A DNA stretch of 64,000 nucleotides, taken from Eledone cirrhosa (lineage: Eukaryota). The DNA lies in assembly GCA_964016885.1 (NCBI GenBank), contig OZ024740.1:287556001-287620000 (forward strand). Reading direction: 5' to 3'. Position numbers and translations under genes: made by a program. The notes under the pieces are model-generated. The model was not told the origin of the DNA. It made no database searches and saw nothing but the letters and a program-made list of their open reading frames with translations. Each line of letters opens with the position of its first letter. Position 1 is the first letter of the stretch. Shown piece by piece: positions 12,874-25,105 of this stretch.

Positions 12874-13886
12874 TTAAGCATGTAAATATGTTGGTTTCTA
12901 AATATATATAGGAAAAAGGTACACTCAATCAAATTGACCTCTGTATATAATTAGTAGTTATTTTGTGGAGCGTGGAATGATGTTAAACAGAGTAAACACT
13001 GGCTGGATTTAAAATCAAAATACAGAGGTATAGAACTAAATACTGAAATTCCTTTAGTGTAGCACACTGCCATTTTATAAATACGTAAAACTGTAATCAT
13101 TTTGATACAAAGTAATATGGATGATATAAAAACAGTATTTCTTTATGAAGAAAAAAGATTTAGGATTTTTGAGATTATAAAAGGGCAGGAATTGAGTTGT
13201 AATGATTTTTAGTATTATAAATGTAGCAGAAATGGCTTTTACATTATTGCTATAAGGATAGGATTTCATTCTCTACCTTATTCTTGAATAGAACATATCA
13301 TACTTGAAGAAGAAAATAAATGTTTTTGATGGAGTGAGAAAAATTCAACCTTGTCCCCTATGCCACTTCTTTTGCTGGTAGCCATCATGCAGAGAAATAC
13401 TGTCTGACATATTAGTTTTCAAAGGAAGGTAAATACCTACATTAGTATCAGATAACAGTGAATGTTTGACATGCAGGGGAGAAGCATGTGCCTGTAAAAT
13501 GCTTGAAGGATGGATTAAAGGATGGTTTCCCCATTCTCCACAGAAACACTTCTGACTGTTTGTATTACCATGCCTCATCAGTCTATCTCAAATCAGGCAG
13601 GTTTAGAAATTGTTTATATACCTTGATCTGAAATTTGTCTCATATTGATGCTCAGATTGTCTTCTGACCATTGCCACTCAATAGTAGTTTTCTATTCATC
13701 TGAAAAAAAAAAAAATGGAATGGTCATGACTGGAATGTCTTTGATCGGAGCTAACTTGTTAAACAATAACAGCAACAATATCATGCCAAAGTTCAGAGTC
13801 AGACAGGTTAAACAGGCATATGAGCAATGGCCTGTAGCTCAGTGGGCTGCTGGGCTTAGTAAAAAGAAAAGATGGCTATAACACAT

Positions 13887-14070
13887 AATAATTGTTTCTA
13901 CTTTAGGCACAAGGCCAGCAATTACCCAGTACATTACTGGTACTTTATTTTATCGACCCCCATAAGGATGAAAGGCAACGTCAACCTCGGCGGGATTTGA
14001 ACTCAGATCGTAAAGGGACGTAACTATGCTGGAAAGCATGGCGTCCAACCCTCTACCGATACTGCCAATA
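13887..14070 (-). mobile_element. tRNA-derived SINE (family A)
   Basis: Reverse complement of the 2088-2305 family. Confidence 0.88.
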
Positions 14071-15045
14071 TAATAATAAACAATGAGCTAGCCTGATAAA
14101 TAACAAATGTCTAGACTGGTTTTAAAAGCCAGTTCACTTCTACCCAAGTGTTTATTATCTGTTAGGAGGCGACAAAGACCAAAAGACCAGACTCTTAGTC
14201 TAGCAATAAAAACTAGTCCATATAAACTTCTTCCTTTAGATCCAGAGCTGCTTAGTTCTCCTCCCAATTGGAATGTTCTGCTTCAATTTCCGCTAAACAT
14301 CAGTATCAGTCACAAGAACCTATATAATTAACAAGCATGACAGCAATGAGTAATTAGCACTTCTAATGCTTATATATACCAGTAGAATTTGCTTCTTAAC
14401 TAAGATTGTTTCCTTTTAAAAAAGCTGTAACAGTTGAAAGGAAAAATAAAATATTGGTAACAGGTCTCACGGGAACTTCCTTCTTGGATTACTGTAATAC
14501 AATACACACACATATACATACATATGCCTTCTTATATAACTTCACACATACCGTGAAATATATACATACAACTTAGTGTATATGTATATATGCATAGTAA
14601 GTATATGTATTGATTCGACTGTTTATCTATATGTGAATATGTGGCAATGGCTCAATACATACACTAAACCAACATTTTTTTTTTTTTTTGTATTGTTTAA
14701 AGAATACTTTCACAAATAAACATCCTTCTCTGTCTATAAACTTCTCTAAGTCTGACTATTTCACAGCTAAACAAACTAAACTGACTGTGTGAGCATGTGT
14801 GTGCATTGGATTGTGAGTATGTGTGTGCATTGGATTGTGAGTATGTGTGTGCATTGAATTGTGAACATGTGTGTGTGTGAGTCTGAGTATGTGTTTTACT
14901 ACATAAGAGTATGCATGAAATGTGTGTAGAGGGGGAACATTTGTTTGTGTGTATGAGTATGTATATCTATGTGTTTGTCTATGTTTATGTATGTGTGTGT
15001 GTGAGTATGTACTTTTGTTTGTGTGTATAAGTTTGTAAGCTTAAG

Positions 15046-15069
15046 TGTGTGTGTGTGTGTGTGTGCGTG

Positions 15070-15142
<73 letters not shown>

Positions 15143-15155
15143 AGAAGAGAGAAAA

Positions 15156-15191
<36 letters not shown>

Positions 15192-15197
15192 AGGGAG
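15046..15197. repeat. (GT)n followed by (GA)n microsatellite
   Basis: Direct reading. Confidence 0.95.
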
Positions 15198-15384
15198 ATC
15201 AAGTGTGCATGTGGGTATTGTATTTTATTGGTTGGTCAAGGCAAGAAAAAGCAGTACCCACAATCTTGTTTTCATATTTCTAGACTTTAAAAAAATAGAG
15301 AAAGAAAGCGATCATTAGATAACGAGTGAATAAATGTATGAAAAAGTTAAAAACAAAAAAAAAATTGAAAAATAAAGTAAAACT

Positions 15385-15660
15385 CAAGCAACCTAATATC
15401 ACTAAATATAAGCAGAGCTCAACAAAAACAACTGGGCTGAAACAAATGTAAGTGAGGCTCAACAAAAATAAGTGACTCAACAAAATAATTGGGTCTTAAC
15501 AAATATAAGTGAGACTCAACAAAGACAAGTGGGCCTTAACAAAAGTAAGTGAGGCTCAACAAAGATAAGTGGGCCATAACAAATGTAAGCGAGTCTCAAC
15601 AAAAACAAGTGAGCTTTAACAAAAGTGAGACTCAACAAAGATAAGTAGAGTTAAGTAAAG
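15385..15660. repeat. Degenerate ~20-21 bp minisatellite (AAGTGAGRCTCAACAAAGAY alternating with AAGTGGGCCTTAACAAA)
   Basis: About 13 imperfect units read directly. Confidence 0.8.
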
Positions 15661-16172
15661 ATAAACATGGTTCCATAAAGACAAACAAGGCTATGTACAG
15701 AAAAATAAAGCTCACTGACAAAAAGTGAATATTTGTAAAGCTAATCAAGAGCCAACAAAGATGTTCAAGGTTTGAAAAAGACAAATGAAACTTAACAAAG
15801 ACAAGTGGGGCCCTGCAAGCATTAATAGATTGAGAAAAATGTTCAATTAAATTTAGCAAGGCATAGAAATGATAAAAAAAAAAAAAAATTATTAGCATGT
15901 TCACCATGGTGCAGCAAATTTAATTAGGTTTAGTGGAGGAGGGATTAAAATGCAATAAATGCTGAACAAAGCTAAATAGTGTTCAGCAAAATTCATCAAT
16001 GCTCAGTGAAGAAATGCAATGTTCTAGAAAACTCATCAAAAGTAAAGAAAAATACTAAAGCTTGGTGAAGTACATCAAGACAATATCACTGCTGCAGTCA
16101 CTCTCTCAGTGCTACACCAAATACTTTTTTAATCATTTGTTTCTCCTCTTTTACCACATTTTCCCTATATAT

Positions 16173-16229
16173 ATCATCATCATCATCATCACCATTTTAC
16201 GTCCGTTCTTCCACGCTAGCATGGGTTAG

Positions 16230-16234
<5 letters not shown>
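16173..16234 (-). mobile_element. RTE 3' tail fragment between TA runs
   Basis: (CAT)n..TTCCACGCTAGCATGGGTTAGACGG, followed by (TA)n at 16235-16316. Confidence 0.8.
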
Positions 16235-16319
<85 letters not shown>

Positions 16320-16379
16320 AAGTAATTCCGTCGGAAAAGTCCAGGAAAAAAGAGTGCTCTATGTAGGTTACAGAGCTTA

Positions 16380-16629
16380 ATAGTTATGTAATAAACAACA
16401 TAAGATAATTATTTCATTTACCAGTGGTTTCTTGAAAGCAAACAAAATTTGCTTTCAGTCATCAGAATGAAAAAATCCTGGAGTATTTATTGACAGTGGA
16501 TTTTAAAATCCACTGTCAATAAATACACCAGGATTTTTTCATTCTGATGACTGAAAGCAAATTTTGTTTGCTTTCAAGAAACCACTGGTAAATGAAATAA
16601 TTATCTTATGTTGTTTATTACATAACTAT
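16380..16629. repeat. Spacer-less 250-bp palindrome (125-bp arms, 1 mismatch)
   Basis: Centre GTGGATTTT|AAAATCCAC at 16504/16505. Confidence 0.95.
16537..16597 (+). ncRNA. Type I hammerhead ribozyme motif (mirror copy on minus strand at 16412-16472)
   Basis: Stem I TTTCATT/AATGAAA; core CTGATGA; stem II TGAAAGCAAA/TTTGCTTTCA (basal C.A mismatch); GAAA; stem III CC-ACT-GG; cleavage triplet GUA. Confidence 0.8.
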
Positions 16630-16890
16630 ATATATATATATATGTGTGTTATGTATTTCCATGGAAAAGGTAAAGGAAAGAAGAGTGCACTATGTATAGT
16701 ACAGGGCTATTTAATTATATAATAAACAACACAATATAATTATTCCATTACCCAAGGTTTCAGGAAGTCAGATGATTCTAACAGAGGTGCCTGAAATCGT
16801 TGATCAGATAGAAATCTTTAATATGGATGTAAGATATGAAATTAAAATAAAAATCTATTATAAATGAATTTGAGGCTGAAATAGAATAAT

Positions 16891-17077
16891 TGTTTCTACT
16901 ATTGGCACAAGGCCAGAAAATTACCCAGTACATTACTGGTACTTTATTTTATCGACCCCGTAAGGATGAAAGGCAAAGTTAACCTCGGCGGGATTTGAAC
17001 TCAGAATGGCAAGGGCCGTAACTCTATGCGTCAAAGCATGGTGTCCGAACCTCTACCGATACTGCCAATCCACCGCC
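16891..17077 (-). mobile_element. Full-length tRNA-derived SINE (family A) with 11-bp TSD
   Basis: TSD AATAGAATAAT at 16880-16890 and 17078-17088; A/B boxes TGGCAGTATCGGTAG / GAGTTCAAATCCC. Confidence 0.92.
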
Positions 17078-17483
17078 AATAGAATAATGGGGACAAATTA
17101 TACACACAGAAAAAGAACGTAAAATTAGGGATAAAAATATATATGTATAAATATATATACACACATACATAGGTACACTTATAAGAATATGTAAGTCTAC
17201 ACATACATAATACAAATGTTCATATACATAAAGCCATATACATATAGACACATGACACATGCTTTATTTATGTATATAAACGTTTGTATGTATGTGTAGA
17301 CTTACATATTCCTATAAGTGTACCTATGTATGTGTATATATATATTTATACATATATATCTTTATCCCTAATTTTACGTTCTGTTTCTGTGTGTATAATT
17401 TTTCACCGTTATTTTATTTCAGCCTCACTTTCGTTTATAATAGATTTTGATTTTAATTTCATATCTTACCCCATATTAAAGAT

Positions 17484-17554
17484 TTCTATCTGATCAACGA
17501 CTTCAGACGCCTCTGTTAGAATCATCTGACTTCCTGAAACCTTGGGTAATGGAA
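17484..17554 (+). ncRNA. Degenerate hammerhead motif (CUGAUCA, G8C); mirror at 16743-16813 (-)
   Basis: Stem I TTCTAT/ATGGAA; GAAA-CC-TTG-GG-TA; core G8 mutated in both arms. Confidence 0.55.
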
Positions 17555-17583
17555 TAATTATATTGTGTTGTTTATTACATAAT

Positions 17584-17645
<62 letters not shown>

Positions 17646-17646
<1 letters not shown>

Positions 17647-18038
17647 GAGGGTAATCCCAAAAGTAAGGTCTCCAAAGCGATGGGGACGCAGAGAAACTGT
17701 TCGTACGGCTGTTGGCAACACTGTTGTGATTGGTGCTTCCTTCACTCCCAAACAAGCATGCACGCGCTTCGCTGGGATGCTCAATCTTGGCTTGGCAGCC
17801 GTTGAGAATGGAGCTCGCGTTGAATGCTACCGCCAAGTGCGAATTTCGCGCAGTTATTATATAGAGGGCAATCCCAAAAGTAAGGTCTCCTTCCAAGGAA
17901 AACATGCGTAAAGATTGTCGGATCACTCTGGATGCTCTCTGCATTTTGGCTCCTGAGGTTTCCTGAAGCACTATCCACAGGATTTTAACGGAAAAGTTGC
18001 AATATTGGAAGGAGACCTTACTTTGGGGATTGCCCTCG
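17646..18038. mobile_element. Mariner-type MITE with TA TSD and an internal third TIR
   Basis: TA|CGAGGGTAATCCCAAAAGTAAGGTCTCC ... GGAGACCTTACTTTGGGGATTGCCCTCG|TA; extra TIR at ~17863-17896. Confidence 0.88.
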
Positions 18039-18060
18039 TATATATATATATATATATATA

Positions 18061-18341
18061 TACGATATTAAACAAATGGAAACTACATTTATAAAACCAT
18101 ATTTATTTCATTATATATATTTCAGGGATATCATATTAAAAATATGCCTTCTTCAGACAAAATACAATATATAAACAGTTTTATAAATAAATTTGACATA
18201 CCTTAAAAAATTTATTTATAAAACTGTTTATATATTGTATTTTGTCTGAAGAGGGCATATTTTTAATATGATATCCCTGAAATATATATAATGAAATAAA
18301 TATGGTTTTATAAATGTAGTTTCCATTTGTTTAATATCGTA
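18061..18341. repeat. Palindrome, 134-bp arms (18061-18194 / 18208-18341), 13-bp spacer
   Basis: Arms are complementary with one mismatch seen; flanked by TA runs. Confidence 0.95.
18238..18298 (+). ncRNA. Type I minimal hammerhead ribozyme motif (mirror at 18104-18164, -)
   Basis: Stem I TATTTTGT/ATGAAATA (two G.U pairs); CTGAAGA; stem II GGGCATAT...ATATCCCT; GAAA; palindromic stem III TATATA; triplet AUA. Confidence 0.72.
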
Positions 18342-18425
18342 AAATACTCCAAAACCTGTTGAGTGCTTTTATATCAGTTATAAAATATTTACTCGTTGTA
18401 ACCCAACAATTTTAAATAAAACTTT

Positions 18426-18466
<41 letters not shown>

Positions 18467-18467
<1 letters not shown>

Positions 18468-19300
18468 CATCATCATCATCGTTTAACGTCCATCTTCCAC
18501 GCTAGCATGAGTTAGACGGTTTTGTTCCATTTGATACGGGAATGGTTGGGAGACCGCGTCTCGCTTGCACGGAAGCGTCTCTGGCAGGTTTTTTACAGCT
18601 GGATGCCCTTCCTAACACCAACTACATTTACAATGAGGACTGGGAGCCTTTTCACCATGCCTCCTACACAACCACCTTACAGTGTGGACTGTTGTGCCAT
18701 CGACACAGTGGACGGAATGGGAGAGGGAGGATGGGGTAGAGGTGTGGGGGTGGGGTGTACATTGGGTTAAGAGGTGCCTACTGACTGTAGGTTTGTATCC
18801 AATGGCAGTCGGGTCTTCTGTAAAACTGCATGGCACCAAAGGTCTTGATCCAGTGTCATTGTCTTAGAGAGGTGTAGGTGGGCAAGGTCAGTTTTTATCA
18901 CCTCATCCCAGGTTTTCTTGGTCTACCCACTCCGTAGCTTCCATCAATTTTCATTGCCCTGCACTTTTTTATACAGCTGTCATCCTTCATACACATCACA
19001 TGTCCATACCAACGCAGTCTCCTCTCCAGAACACAACATTTGATACCTCTTATGCTTAGTCTCCCTCTTAATTCATTTGTGCCTCGCCTTTCGCGCACAT
19101 TACTATCACACATCCATCGGAGCATTCAAGCTTCATTTCTTTCTAATCTATGCAGGTCTTCAGCTCACAGTCTCACTACCATGTAATATCGCCATTTGTA
19201 TACATGCATCATAGAATCTGCTTTTAATTTTTAGAGAAAAACCCCTTGTGACCAACAGCGGTATTAGCTCTCTGAACTTTTTCCATCCCACTCTAACTCT
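18467..19300 (-). mobile_element. 5'-truncated RTE LINE with 3' UTR and (GAT)n tail
   Basis: ORF 18898-19125 LRWMCDSN..RRLRWYGHV..GRPRK; the tail abuts (TA)n. Confidence 0.9.
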
Positions 19301-19318
19301 CTCTCTCTATATATATAT

Positions 19319-21032
19319 ATCATCATCATCATCATCATCATCATCATTTTACGTCCGCTTTTCCCTGCTTGCAAGGGTGGGACGGGTCTTATTCAGCACA
19401 GCATCTCTCCACTCGTCACGGTCCCTCGTCATCTCCACCGTGAGCTTCAATGATCTGAGGTCTGTTCTTACCACCTCCGCCCATGTTTTTCGTGGTCTAC
19501 CTCTACCACGTCTTCCTTCAACTGGCATTTCCTGGCACTTCTTCACCCATCGGTCATCCTCCATGCGCATCACATGTCCATACCACCTCAGTCTCCTCTC
19601 CCGTACACTACATTCTCTCCCTCTCAGACACAGTTTCTCTCTCAACACATTTATGCTGGGTCGTTCACGCACATTTACACTGCACATCCAACGGAGCATG
19701 CTTGCCTCATTTCTCTCCAGCCGTCGCATATCCTCTGCGGTTGCTGCCCATGTCTCACTACCATGCAGTATCGCGCTCCTCACACAGGCATCATACAACC
19801 GGCCTTTCGTATGCAGGGAGAAACCCTTCTTCGTCAACAGAGGAAGCAGCTCCCTAAACTTCTTCCAACCCATCCTTATTCTAGATACTATGGCCTCGGA
19901 ACACCCTCCTCCCATGCTAATCTGATCTCCTAGGTACCGGAAGCTATCCACCACTTCTATAGCGCCCTCTCGCATTTGAAAAATGTGTCTATCAGTGCGA
20001 CTTCTACTGTCTAATTTCCCTGTACATCTACTGCATACATATTTCTCCCTACCTGTTAGTTTGCCTGCTATCCCGCTACATCTCTTGTGTACCCAGGACC
20101 TGCATTGTGTGCATTTTATAGAATTTATGCCAGTTCCTTTTCTACATATCGAACATGGCCATTTCCCTGATGGAATCAGGGTTTTGTCCTCTTTTCTACT
20201 CATCAACACTTTTGTCTTAGCTAGATTTACTCTCAGTCCTCTTGCTTCCAACTGCTGTTTCCATAGCCGGAATTTATTCTCTAGCTCCTCTACTGATTCT
20301 GCTATAAGAGCCAGATCGTCAGCATAGAGAAGTTCCCATGGACAGCCAGTCTTAAACTCCTTGTTATGGCTTGGAGGACTATAATGAACAAGAGCGGGCT
20401 GAGGACCGAACCCTGATGTACTCCTACTTGTATCTGGAATTCCTCACTAAACTCCATTCCTACCCTGACTTTACTGAGAGTACCTCTGTACAAAGTTTGC
20501 ACTGTCCTCACAAGCCATTCCTCAACACCTAGCTTCCTTAGGGACCACCAGATGACAGATCGGAGTACCCTATCAAAGGCCTTCTCTAGGTCAACAAGGG
20601 CTAAGTATAGTGGCTTATTCTTCTCTAAGAACCTCTTTTGCATTTGTCTCACCAAGAAGAGGGCATCTGTTGTACTCTTCCCAGGCACAAAACCAAACTG
20701 CATCTCATCTAGTTTGACCCTTTCTCTAATTAGTTGTGCTAAAATCCTTTCTGCCACTTTCATAACCTGATCTATCAGTTTTATACCCCTATAATTGCTC
20801 CTCTCCAAAGCATCCCCTTTACCTTTGTAGCAATTTATGAGAATACTGCTGCACCAGTCTTTGGGTATGACACCACCATATATAGCCTGATTGATGATGC
20901 GTGCAACCAGTTTAGTGCCTACGTCCCCTGATGCCTTCAGCATCTCAGCAACTATTCCCGATGGTCCGGCCGCCTTACCATTTTTCATTCCCCTAATCGC
21001 CTCTTGGACCCTATATTCGTCAATCTCAACAT
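19319..21032 (-). mobile_element. 5'-truncated RTE LINE with near-complete RT (one frameshift at ~20360)
   Basis: ORFs 20302-20988 (KAAGPSG, NYRGIKL, QFGFVPG, DLEKAFD, QGSVLSP) and 19349-20251; YADD near 20318; TA runs at both ends. Confidence 0.93.
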
Positions 21033-21034
21033 CT

Positions 21035-21068
<34 letters not shown>

Positions 21069-21109
21069 AGATGAATTTGTTTTGCAAGGTTTTGATATAA
21101 AATTGTGTG

Positions 21110-22010
21110 TTGATTTCTACAGCTGGATGCCCTTCCTAACACCAACCTCATTTACAGTGTGGGCTGGGTGCTTTTTTGCCGTGGCACCTCCACGACCACT
21201 TTGCAGTGGAAGGGTGTGGGGGCATATTGTCTATATGCTTCAGCTTGTACCCATGGGAGATCGGGTACTCTGTATTACTGCGTGACACCAGAGGTCACGG
21301 TCATGTGTCATCGCCTTTGAGAGGTGTAATTGGGTAAGGTCAGCTTTTATCACCTCATCCCAGGTCTTCTTGGGTCTCCCCACTCCGCGGTTTCCATTGA
21401 CTTCTAGTGCTCTGCACCTTTTTATGCAGCTGTCATCCTTCATAAGCATCACATGTCCATACCAACGCAACTGCCTCTCCTGCACACAGAATTTGATTCC
21501 TCTTATGCTCAGTCTCTCTCTCAATTCATTTATGCTTTGCCGTTCGCATATATTACTATTACACATCCATCGGAGCATGCAGGCTTCGTTTCTTTCTAAT
21601 CTACGAAAGTCTTCCACCTTCAGTGCCCAGGTCTCACTACCATGTAACATTGCTGTTCGGATACACGCATCATACAGTCTGCCTTTCATTTTGAGGGAGA
21701 AGCCTTTTGCAGCTAGCAGTGGCAGTAGTTCCCTGAACTTCTTCCATCCCGTTCTTACCCTAGTTATTGTACTTTCTGAACACCCACCTCCACTGCTAAT
21801 TCGGTCACCTAGGTAGCAGAAGCTGTCTACTGTTTCTACAGAGCCCTTCCAGAGATTGGTGGTACTTGTTTCCTGTGGCTGTTTGCTGCTTGCTGTCCCA
21901 GCACAGCTGCTACATGTGAAGCCTACATTCTTAATTAAGCTTCCTGAGATCCCGCTACAGTTCTTGTGTACCCATTGTTTGCATTTGGGCAGAGAATGGT
22001 GTTCCTACCT
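21110..22010 (-). mobile_element. RTE LINE fragment (C-terminus + 3' UTR)
   Basis: ORF 21240-21689; 21755-22010 is nearly identical to 6676-6930. Confidence 0.9.
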
Positions 22011-22770
22011 GCGCATGTGTTTCCTGTTTGGTGTGTGTGTTCATGTTTAAGCGTATGTGTTTTTGTATTCTATCTTTATTCACTAGTGTGTGTTTATATG
22101 TGTTTGTTGTTATTGTACTTGTGTATATATTTATTTATTTATATTTCCCTTAGGTCAGTATTGCTTGTTTGGGTATGGTTGTTGTTATTCTATTCGTTCT
22201 TTCTGTTTAACTTTGGTTTTCTTAGTTCTATCTCAGTTGCTTCTCTGATTTACCTACCTGTTGAGTCATTTCTATGCTTAGATATTATTTTAATTTCTAT
22301 GTTGTCTATATTACCGTCATGTCTTTGTCTGGCGCGTTCGTATGATACTGAACCGTTGTTTTGTCCTTTTAGTTCCCCCCAGTGTTGGTCTATTATTTCT
22401 TCTATGCTTCAGGCTGTCTCATCTATGTATGTCGTTGTCATGTTTCTGCAAGTACCCTCTATACATCTTATGCTATAGACTACATTTCTAGCTTTACAAT
22501 TTATCTGGGGGTTCTTTCTACATATAACACATCTCTTACAGTGGGTTTTATTAAAGGGGTATGTCTTGCTGACTAGGGATTTTATGGTAGTTCCTGGCTT
22601 TTCTACCACTTTAATCTTTAGATGGGTCTTTCTTAGGGCCTTTCTACATTGCTTAGCTAATTTCCCTCCAGGGGTAGCATCCATGAACATGACACTCTGG
22701 TATCTCTGGTTGTCGTACCATGAAATGGCTTTCCCTCTCTTATGTTAGCTATTCCATGATAATGTTCCTG
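22011..22770 (-). mobile_element. Penelope-like element 3' fragment (Zn-linker + GIY-YIG endonuclease)
   Basis: ORF 22409-22690 CKRCVIC..NCKARNVVYSIRCIEGTC..YIDETA, homologous to 55211-56071. Confidence 0.85.
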
Positions 22771-22790
22771 TATAATGGAGGAAACATAAT

Positions 22791-22836
22791 AGTACCACTG
22801 ATTATGTCACAAATGTGTGACGAAAGAACTTTGATA
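22791..22836 (+). ncRNA. Degenerate hammerhead motif (CUGAUUA) in an inverted pseudo-LTR abutting the Penelope fragment
   Basis: TACCA CTGATTA T GTCACA-AATG-TGTGAC GAAA GAAC TT TGATA; 22777-22945 is homologous to 45595-45765. Confidence 0.6.
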
Positions 22837-23756
22837 GACTATATTTATATGTTTATATCTGTATTTTTAACCGTTGGTCAATCAATGATAAACATTGATT
22901 GCCAGATAAATTAACTATGGAGATATAAAATATACAGAAGCGAAAACCAACCCAAACCAAACAGTGAATGTGTTCTGTTATTATTTCTGGCAATATTATA
23001 ACAATATGACCCTCCCCAAATGTAACAATATATATATAAGAAAAATTAACAAATAAACATGATGTGATTATGTTCCTCTATCAATTGATGACTGCAGGAA
23101 AAGGTGGGCTAAGAAGGACTTCCAGAATGTCATTAATCTGGTGAAGAAGGAATTGGTATAGGGGTCAGTCTAGTTGAAGGATTAATGCAGTATTGGTGTC
23201 AAGAGAAAGAAAGACAATAGGTGTGGCTGAGGGCATTATACAGTTAGCTAGCTCTGAGAGGTAGAGGCCTTTATAGTATCAGCTGAAAAGGAAGAGTGTG
23301 GGGACTGCATATCTGTTAGCAAGAAGTTGAAATATGTTGATGAGAGAATCTTTGTCAATTAATAGGATGGCTTTCTTTTGGATGCAGTATAGATGTGGGA
23401 GCAGTGCTGATCTTATTTGAGCTTTGCTAAAGGTTCAGCAACTACTTATCAGCAAAGTTTCTGGGTACTACAACTCCTCAAACTGAATAATAAAATGGTG
23501 TTACTCAGGCTGTTAGAAGCAGTTGTGTTAGTAAGTCTAATGGAACCCTACATGATGAAATTAAGTATAATTCCAAGACATATACATAAACAGAGCCAAC
23601 AGTGCAGCTGCTGATGACCATGATATTAACTGTACAAAATATTCCATTAATGTTCTTAGTCTCTCTAAATAAAAATCGAACACTGTATCCTAGCTTTGAT
23701 AAAGCAAAGCCAACCTGATATTTCACAGCCTTCAAAACTTCAAACTAAGCCCTATA

Positions 23757-25105
23757 CAGTGTTGTGCTTAATTTAGAGACCATCTGCATTTTAGCTGTCA
23801 ATGTATTAGTAACCTTAGTATACACACACACAAGAGTGCAAATATCATCATACTTAATTTTCTTTTCAATCATTGTGCATATGTTAACCAATCATTTTAT
23901 TTGTTCTATTTTCATATATAGCACACCAAGTCAGCATTTTAATACACTTTTGAGTACTAACATGGCTGCCATTTCAAGCGAAAAGTGTGCAAATATCATC
24001 CTTCTTCATGATTAAGGCTATTCCCAGCAGTGCCAAATATCTGATTGGGTGTATCTAAGACTGGTGTTCAAAAACACTTGCCTGTAATGCAACAATAGGC
24101 ACTCTTAACTGAAACAAGTGACCTGGAAGACCACACAAGACAAGTATTCAAACAGATCACACGATACGCCAACTTGCAGTGTCAAATCCAACTGCTTCCA
24201 GCTCCTATATCTAAGCCCAACTTCCCCAGGACACAAACATATCATCTTTACCATCTGACTTTGCTCTGTTAAGGAATTTAACCTTTGGACTTTTAAGCCA
24301 GCTGTCAAGCCTCAACTTTCAAATAAAAGTATCAAGGACCGTCTGTTGTTCTGCAACACTTATTGTCACTGGACTGCAGCTCAATGGGGTGAGGTAATGT
24401 TTAGTGATGAAACATTAATTAGACAATTTTCTACTTACAATCACTACTTAAGAAGACCACCTGGACAGCATTATAATTCTTGTTATGTCAAACCAACAGT
24501 TAAACATTCATTGATGGTCTGGGGGTTAATAAGCATAAAGGGGCGAGCTGCACTGACCATAATTCCAGCAGGAAAGACTGTAAATGCAAACATGTATTTG
24601 GAAATCATACAAGAAAAGGTTCCATTATCGATGGAAAGGTATGGTTGCAAATATATCAACAAGATGGTGCTCCTTGCCATAGGGCAAAAACCATTAACCA
24701 ATTTTTTCAAGAATCTGATATTGAAGTGCTGGTACCTTGGCCAGGTTTAAGTCCTGACATAAACTCATTTGAAAATTGTTGGAAATTGATCAAATATTAA
24801 GTTGCCAAGCTAAATCTCAGCTCAATTACTGATTTACAACAAAAAATTCTTACTATATGGACACAACACATTACTCCTGAATATTGTGGCTCTTTCATGG
24901 AATCAATGCCTTGCAGAATTGCTGCAGTAATTGCTGCTAAAGGTCATCAAACAAAGTACTAACATGGAATAAACAATTTGTAGCATAATGCTCTGTGTTA
25001 TATGTTTGTAATAATATACTATTTTTTCTAATAATTGTACCTTGTTCAATATTAACCTAACCAAATTAAATTATTGGGGTCATCTCTGAATTATGCATAA
25101 TACTG
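23757..25105 (+). mobile_element. Tc1-family DNA transposon fossil
   Basis: Imperfect TIRs TA|CAGTGTTGTGCTTAATTTAGAGA and TCTCTGAATTATGCATAATACTG|TA; transposase remnants WGEVMFSDET, VWGLISIKG, QQDGAPCH, WPGLSPDINSFENCW, SMPCRIAAVIAAKGHQTKY. Confidence 0.88.

Larger units (their letters stand above)
16708..17589. repeat. Large imperfect inverted repeat; left arm interrupted by a SINE
   Basis: 16708-16890 plus 17089-17234 pair with ~17261-17589; the outer part is homologous to 16317-16430. Confidence 0.88.

Noticed and set aside
15385-15660. Possible CRISPR array or repeat-protein exon
   Set aside because: Degenerate abutting units, no spacers, no sustained ORF, eukaryotic context.
16891-17077. 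tRNA genes at A/B-box motifs
   Set aside because: They are SINE heads with a body, tail and TSD; no complete cloverleaf.
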